NCBI GenBank assembly: GCA_964486045.1
Contig: CAZALK010000012.1
Location: 32,001 to 96,000, forward strand
Length of the DNA: 64,000 nucleotides
Direction: 5' to 3'
From: an uncultured archaeon
GTDB lineage: Archaea; Asgardarchaeota; Lokiarchaeia; Sigyniarchaeales; SOKP01
Part shown: positions 60,069-64,000 of the stretch, one piece after another
Numbering within the stretch: the stretch's first letter is position 1
How the letters are laid out: the number at the start of each line of letters is the position of its first letter
Program-made: the position numbers and the translations under genes
Notes under the pieces: generated by a model
Seen by the model: the letters and a program-made list of their open reading frames with translations, nothing else
Databases searched by the model: none
What the model was told of the DNA's origin: nothing

Positions 60069-61829
60069 ATGGATAAGGAAGAAATTAAAAAAATTCTCTG
60101 GAAAATTGGTTTGAAAAATGCTGTAGATTTTGGTGGAAAACCAAATAAAAAAGCAGTAATGGGTAAACTAATGGCTGAAAGAGGAGATCTAAAGTCTCAA
60201 GCCCGAGATATTATTCCTATATTAGATCAAATGATAGAAGAAATTAATAATCTAAGCTTAGAGGAACAAAATAATAAATTATTAATGTTAGATCCACAAG
60301 CTTTAGACAAAAAAGAAACTCAAGAAGAAACTAGAGAATTACCCCCTTTGCCTAACATTGATGATTACCAAGGGGTTGTCATGCGCTTAGCTCCTTATCC
60401 AAGTGGTGCATTACACATCGGAAATGCAAGGATGATTGTGCTAAACGATGAATATGCGAAAAAATATAATGGCGAGCTTATATTATTTTTTGATGATACA
60501 ATAGGAAGCCCTCAATCGTTAAGAGAAAATCCAAAAGCGAAATATGTTTTGCCAGAAGCATACGGTTTGATAAAAGACGGATTGAAATGGTTAGGTGTAA
60601 AATATTCTAAGACACTATATAAAAGTGATCGGTTAGATATTTTCTACAAATATTGTGAAAAATTGATAGATGATCATATGGCATATGTATGCTTTTGCAC
60701 TGCTAATGAATTTAGAGAAAAATATAAAAATCAGGGAGTCAACTGCCCACATAGAAAATTCTCAATAGAGGAGAATATAGGTGAGTGGAAAGCTATGCTT
60801 CAAGGACAATACCATGAGGGAGAAGCGGTAGTAAGATTAAAAACTGGTATGGATCAAAAAGATCCTGCTTTGAGAGACCAAATTATCTTGAGAATCTCTG
60901 ATGCAGAACATCCCAGAGTGGGTAAAAAATACACTGTTTGGCCAATGCTTGAATTTTCCTGGGCTATTGATGATCATTTGATCGGAGCTTCACATATTAT
61001 TAGAGGTATAGATTTAGTTAAAGAGGGAATTATTGAAGAATTTATTTGGGATCATTTTGGTTGGAAAAAAGCAAAATTGCTCTATTATGGCAGATTAAGA
61101 TTTCCTAACTTGAAATTAAGCAAAACTAAGACACGTAACTCCATTCAAAATGGTGTTTATAAAGGATGGGATGATCCCAGGACTTGGAGTTTGCAATCTC
61201 TTGAAAAAAGAGGTATAAAACCAGAAGCTCTTAGAAGAACACTATTAGATCTTGGAATGTCTCAATCTGGAATAGAATTTTCGGTGAATTGGTTATATTC
61301 AAAAAATCGAGATATTATTGATGAGATTTCAGACCGATATTTTTATATAGAAAATCCCATAACTGTAATTATTCAAGATGTACCTTCTGGTGAATATCTT
61401 GCTGAGCCTTTACTACTTCCTACTAACCCAGCTAAAGGGAGAAGGAAAATTTACTGTGATGTTGAGGATAACCAATTGAAATTAATTATTAATTTTTCAG
61501 ATGCAAAGAAAATTATTGACAACGAAATCCTAAGGCTGAAAGATTTGATAAATATCCAAATTAAATCTATAGATCTTGATAAAAAAGTTATTAATTCCTC
61601 CTTTCATAGTAAGGAACTAAATAGAGAATTTGCAATTATTCACTGGTTACCAAAAGATGATAACATAAAGGTTTTAATTGTTAAACTTGATGGTTCCATT
61701 TCAAGTGGTCTAGGAGAAACAAATCTTTTAAATATCCCCATGAATAAAACGATACAATTTGAGCGATTCGGATTTGTAAATCCCATTGAATTAAGTGAAA
61801 ACCGTCTTTTCTGTTATTTTTCTCATTAA
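60069..61829 (+). CDS. gltX: Glutamate-tRNA ligase (archaeal)
   Basis: RLAPYPSGALHIGNAR, DPALRD, IDDH, KLSKT, GWDDPR, QFERFGF. Confidence 0.96.
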   Translation: MDKEEIKKILWKIGLKNAVDFGGKPNKKAVMGKLMAERGDLKSQARDIIPILDQMIEEINNLSLEEQNNKLLMLDPQALDKKETQEETRELPPLPNIDDYQGVVMRLAPYPSGALHIGNARMIVLNDEYAKKYNGELILFFDDTIGSPQSLRENPKAKYVLPEAYGLIKDGLKWLGVKYSKTLYKSDRLDIFYKYCEKLIDDHMAYVCFCTANEFREKYKNQGVNCPHRKFSIEENIGEWKAMLQGQYHEGEAVVRLKTGMDQKDPALRDQIILRISDAEHPRVGKKYTVWPMLEFSWAIDDHLIGASHIIRGIDLVKEGIIEEFIWDHFGWKKAKLLYYGRLRFPNLKLSKTKTRNSIQNGVYKGWDDPRTWSLQSLEKRGIKPEALRRTLLDLGMSQSGIEFSVNWLYSKNRDIIDEISDRYFYIENPITVIIQDVPSGEYLAEPLLLPTNPAKGRRKIYCDVEDNQLKLIINFSDAKKIIDNEILRLKDLINIQIKSIDLDKKVINSSFHSKELNREFAIIHWLPKDDNIKVLIVKLDGSISSGLGETNLLNIPMNKTIQFERFGFVNPIELSENRLFCYFSH

Positions 61830-61980
61830 ATCTTACTAACGGTATCTTACAAATGACCCATCAAAATATTGTGAAGTTTATCCAGTTAACGAAAAATTTA
61901 TAAAAATCAAGAATAAGTTTATATCAATACAAGAATAATTTATTTTAGTTCGTATAAATTTAGAGGATGCTATACCAGCC

Positions 61981-63864
61981 ATGAATAATCACCTCCCGTG
62001 TAAGAAATGTGGTAGTAGTTTACCCGGAGTAAAAGGATCGGTAGTGCAGTGTCCTTATTGTGGAGCAAAAAATTTCTATATGGAATCTTTTTACACGTTT
62101 AAGTATTACGCATCAGATATATTAAATTTATCTTCTCTAAGAAAAGAAAAAAAAGTTAAAAATAGTGAAATCGAGAGGAGAAAATTATTAATACATTCTT
62201 ATTTCAACAATATCATTTCAAGTTTTAATGAGTACAGACATTTTGTAATAACAAAACTAGATACGATTGACGTTGACCCTGTAAAATTATTCTATCTTAT
62301 TCGCGCGTCAGGGAATTTCGAGATTATTATAGAAAGATTCTTACTGCCTTTTATAGAAGAAGAGACCTCTAAAATGAAGTATAGAGAATTTAGAGATCAA
62401 GCATTTATCATTAATAAATCGTTATTAGCGTTTTATTATAGCTATTTAGCAAAGGTTTCAACTCGTTCAGAAAATTGCATAAAATATTACCAAATTTCAG
62501 AAAAGAATTATCAAAATATAGTAGATTATTACAACATTACTGAGTTTGAAAATGGGGGGGCCTTTCTTTCGAGTAAAGGTGAGATCTACTCTATTCTCGT
62601 TGAATTTATAAGTATTTTAAGAAACATAGTAGATGAAAACCCAAGATACTATTCAGAAAAACTCGAAAGTCTACTTCAAAAATTGAATAAGATTAAAACA
62701 AGAAATATCAAGATATATAATTTATACATCCAGATTGAACTCATTTATCAACTAGAACGAAATACATGCATTTTGTTAGAAAATATCCGGATAGAAAACC
62801 CCTTCTTACTAACTGAACCTTTGAATGAAGTGAAATTACTTTCTTCAGAGGAAAATCTTGATAATTTAAATCGAGTAAGGAACTGGATTAACAATGTTAC
62901 CCAAAAGTATCAAAGATATCAAAATTGCTTGTTAAAATTGCATTCTGGGCGAATAATTAAATATTTAGGCTCAATTCGAACAGAATTTATTAATTATAAG
63001 AATAAAAACGCTGAAAAATTTGATGCTGTGCTTGGAAAAATGATTAACAAGGCTTTGGATTCTTATAATTCTGAAACTGTAGAAGCTCTTGAAACATTAA
63101 ATAATCTAATGCAAAAAAACATATACAGTGAAAACCTAATTGAAAGGTTTCAAATAAGTCATAACGACTTAATAAAGATGGATGATGTTTTAAAAAATTT
63201 TACTGATAATTTATTTAAAATTCCACTCCTAAGAAATTTGGAGTCCGAATATTATAAGCAGTTAATCTCTTTAATATCTGGTAAGCATTCTGTGTTCGAT
63301 AAATCTATTTTAAAGTATATTATTAAAATGTTAAAAGATTTTGAAGATTTAAGAAGCAAAAACGATTTATCACTTAAAGAACAACGAAAAAAGTTTATCT
63401 CAGAAATAAAACCAAATCTTCAGAAACTAATTGATTTAAGCTTTACATTAAATGAAGAAATACTACCTTATCCACTTTTTATTGATATAGAAATTCAAAA
63501 TCAAACGTTAAAAGTAGACAATCCTGAATCTATAACCCTTATTATTGAAAATCCTAATTCTAGCGACATAAAGAACATCAAGATATATTTTTTCATACCA
63601 GAATCATTTCAGAGTAAATTATGTTTTACAAGTATTAAAAAATTAAAAGCAAATGAAACGAGAAAGATCAAAACTAGAGTTATTCCTAAGCATAAGGGTA
63701 CATTTCTTTCAATGGTTATGATTGAATACCAACATTTTAACAAAACTTTTTGGATGCCTTCATTAAAATTCAAATTAGAAGTCAAAGAAACAAAAATCAT
63801 TATAAATTATCCAGTGATCAATAACCAAATTTATAGAAATGACTTCAGGCTAATTGTATTTTGA
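61981..63864 (+). CDS. Hypothetical protein: N-terminal Zn ribbon, helical middle, C-terminal Ig-like domain
   Basis: CKKCG...CPYCG at the N-terminus; ITLIIENP..SDIKNIKI...IKKLKANET Ig/CARDB-like pattern at the C-terminus. Confidence 0.7.
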   Translation: MNNHLPCKKCGSSLPGVKGSVVQCPYCGAKNFYMESFYTFKYYASDILNLSSLRKEKKVKNSEIERRKLLIHSYFNNIISSFNEYRHFVITKLDTIDVDPVKLFYLIRASGNFEIIIERFLLPFIEEETSKMKYREFRDQAFIINKSLLAFYYSYLAKVSTRSENCIKYYQISEKNYQNIVDYYNITEFENGGAFLSSKGEIYSILVEFISILRNIVDENPRYYSEKLESLLQKLNKIKTRNIKIYNLYIQIELIYQLERNTCILLENIRIENPFLLTEPLNEVKLLSSEENLDNLNRVRNWINNVTQKYQRYQNCLLKLHSGRIIKYLGSIRTEFINYKNKNAEKFDAVLGKMINKALDSYNSETVEALETLNNLMQKNIYSENLIERFQISHNDLIKMDDVLKNFTDNLFKIPLLRNLESEYYKQLISLISGKHSVFDKSILKYIIKMLKDFEDLRSKNDLSLKEQRKKFISEIKPNLQKLIDLSFTLNEEILPYPLFIDIEIQNQTLKVDNPESITLIIENPNSSDIKNIKIYFFIPESFQSKLCFTSIKKLKANETRKIKTRVIPKHKGTFLSMVMIEYQHFNKTFWMPSLKFKLEVKETKIIINYPVINNQIYRNDFRLIVF

Positions 63865-63938
63865 ATTGAAATCTCTATACTTTGTATTACTTTGAAATGT
63901 AAACTTTTTTTAATTTGTTTACTTCTTCTACTTAAAGT

Positions 63939-64000
63939 ATGAATGATGAAGAACTTCACAAGACAAATAATAGTCAAGAATCCATAAATTTTGATTGGAA
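63939..64000 (+). CDS. Start of a CDS running off the window end
   Basis: ATG at 63939, open frame MNDEELHKTNNSQESINFDW... Confidence 0.45.
   Translation, partial: MNDEELHKTNNSQESINFDW

Noticed and set aside
576-63800. Remaining short ORFs overlapping longer genes (for example 576-830, 4197-4451, 10050-10550, 21582-21872, 43568-43849, 48936-49238, 49611-49934)
   Set aside because: They lie antisense or out of frame to well-supported genes and have no recognisable motifs.

Overview
AT-rich archaeal chromosomal window whose gene content points to Asgard archaea, probably Lokiarchaeia (inference: longin-like proteins, a Rab-like GTPase, a JAMM/MPN protein, SDS22-type LRRs, L38e/L40e, thermosome, archaeal ThrRS/AspRS/GluRS). 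Bases 1-8.7 kb look like an accessory or defence island. It holds the 5' end of a type I R-M hsdM (missed by the ORF track), an LRR protein fused to a NYN/PIN-like RNase domain, a HEPN-like protein, a repeat-rich GIY-YIG nuclease coupled to a HerA/VirB4-like ATPase, and a truncated GIY-YIG paralogue. The rest is mostly housekeeping. Main oddities: (1) an unannotated ~447-nt structured RNA gene candidate at 19528-19974 with its own TATA box, an operator-like palindrome, a U-tract terminator and two candidate pseudoknots, matching no RNA family I recognise; (2) an orphan CheR-coiled coil-CheD fusion that lacks the CheD catalytic Cys and probably starts at AUU; (3) a tRNA-Arg(GCG) with two non-canonical introns; (4) an HGSNAT-like/GT87/HGSNAT-like membrane cluster. 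All family calls come from motif recognition by eye; no database searches or folding programs were run.
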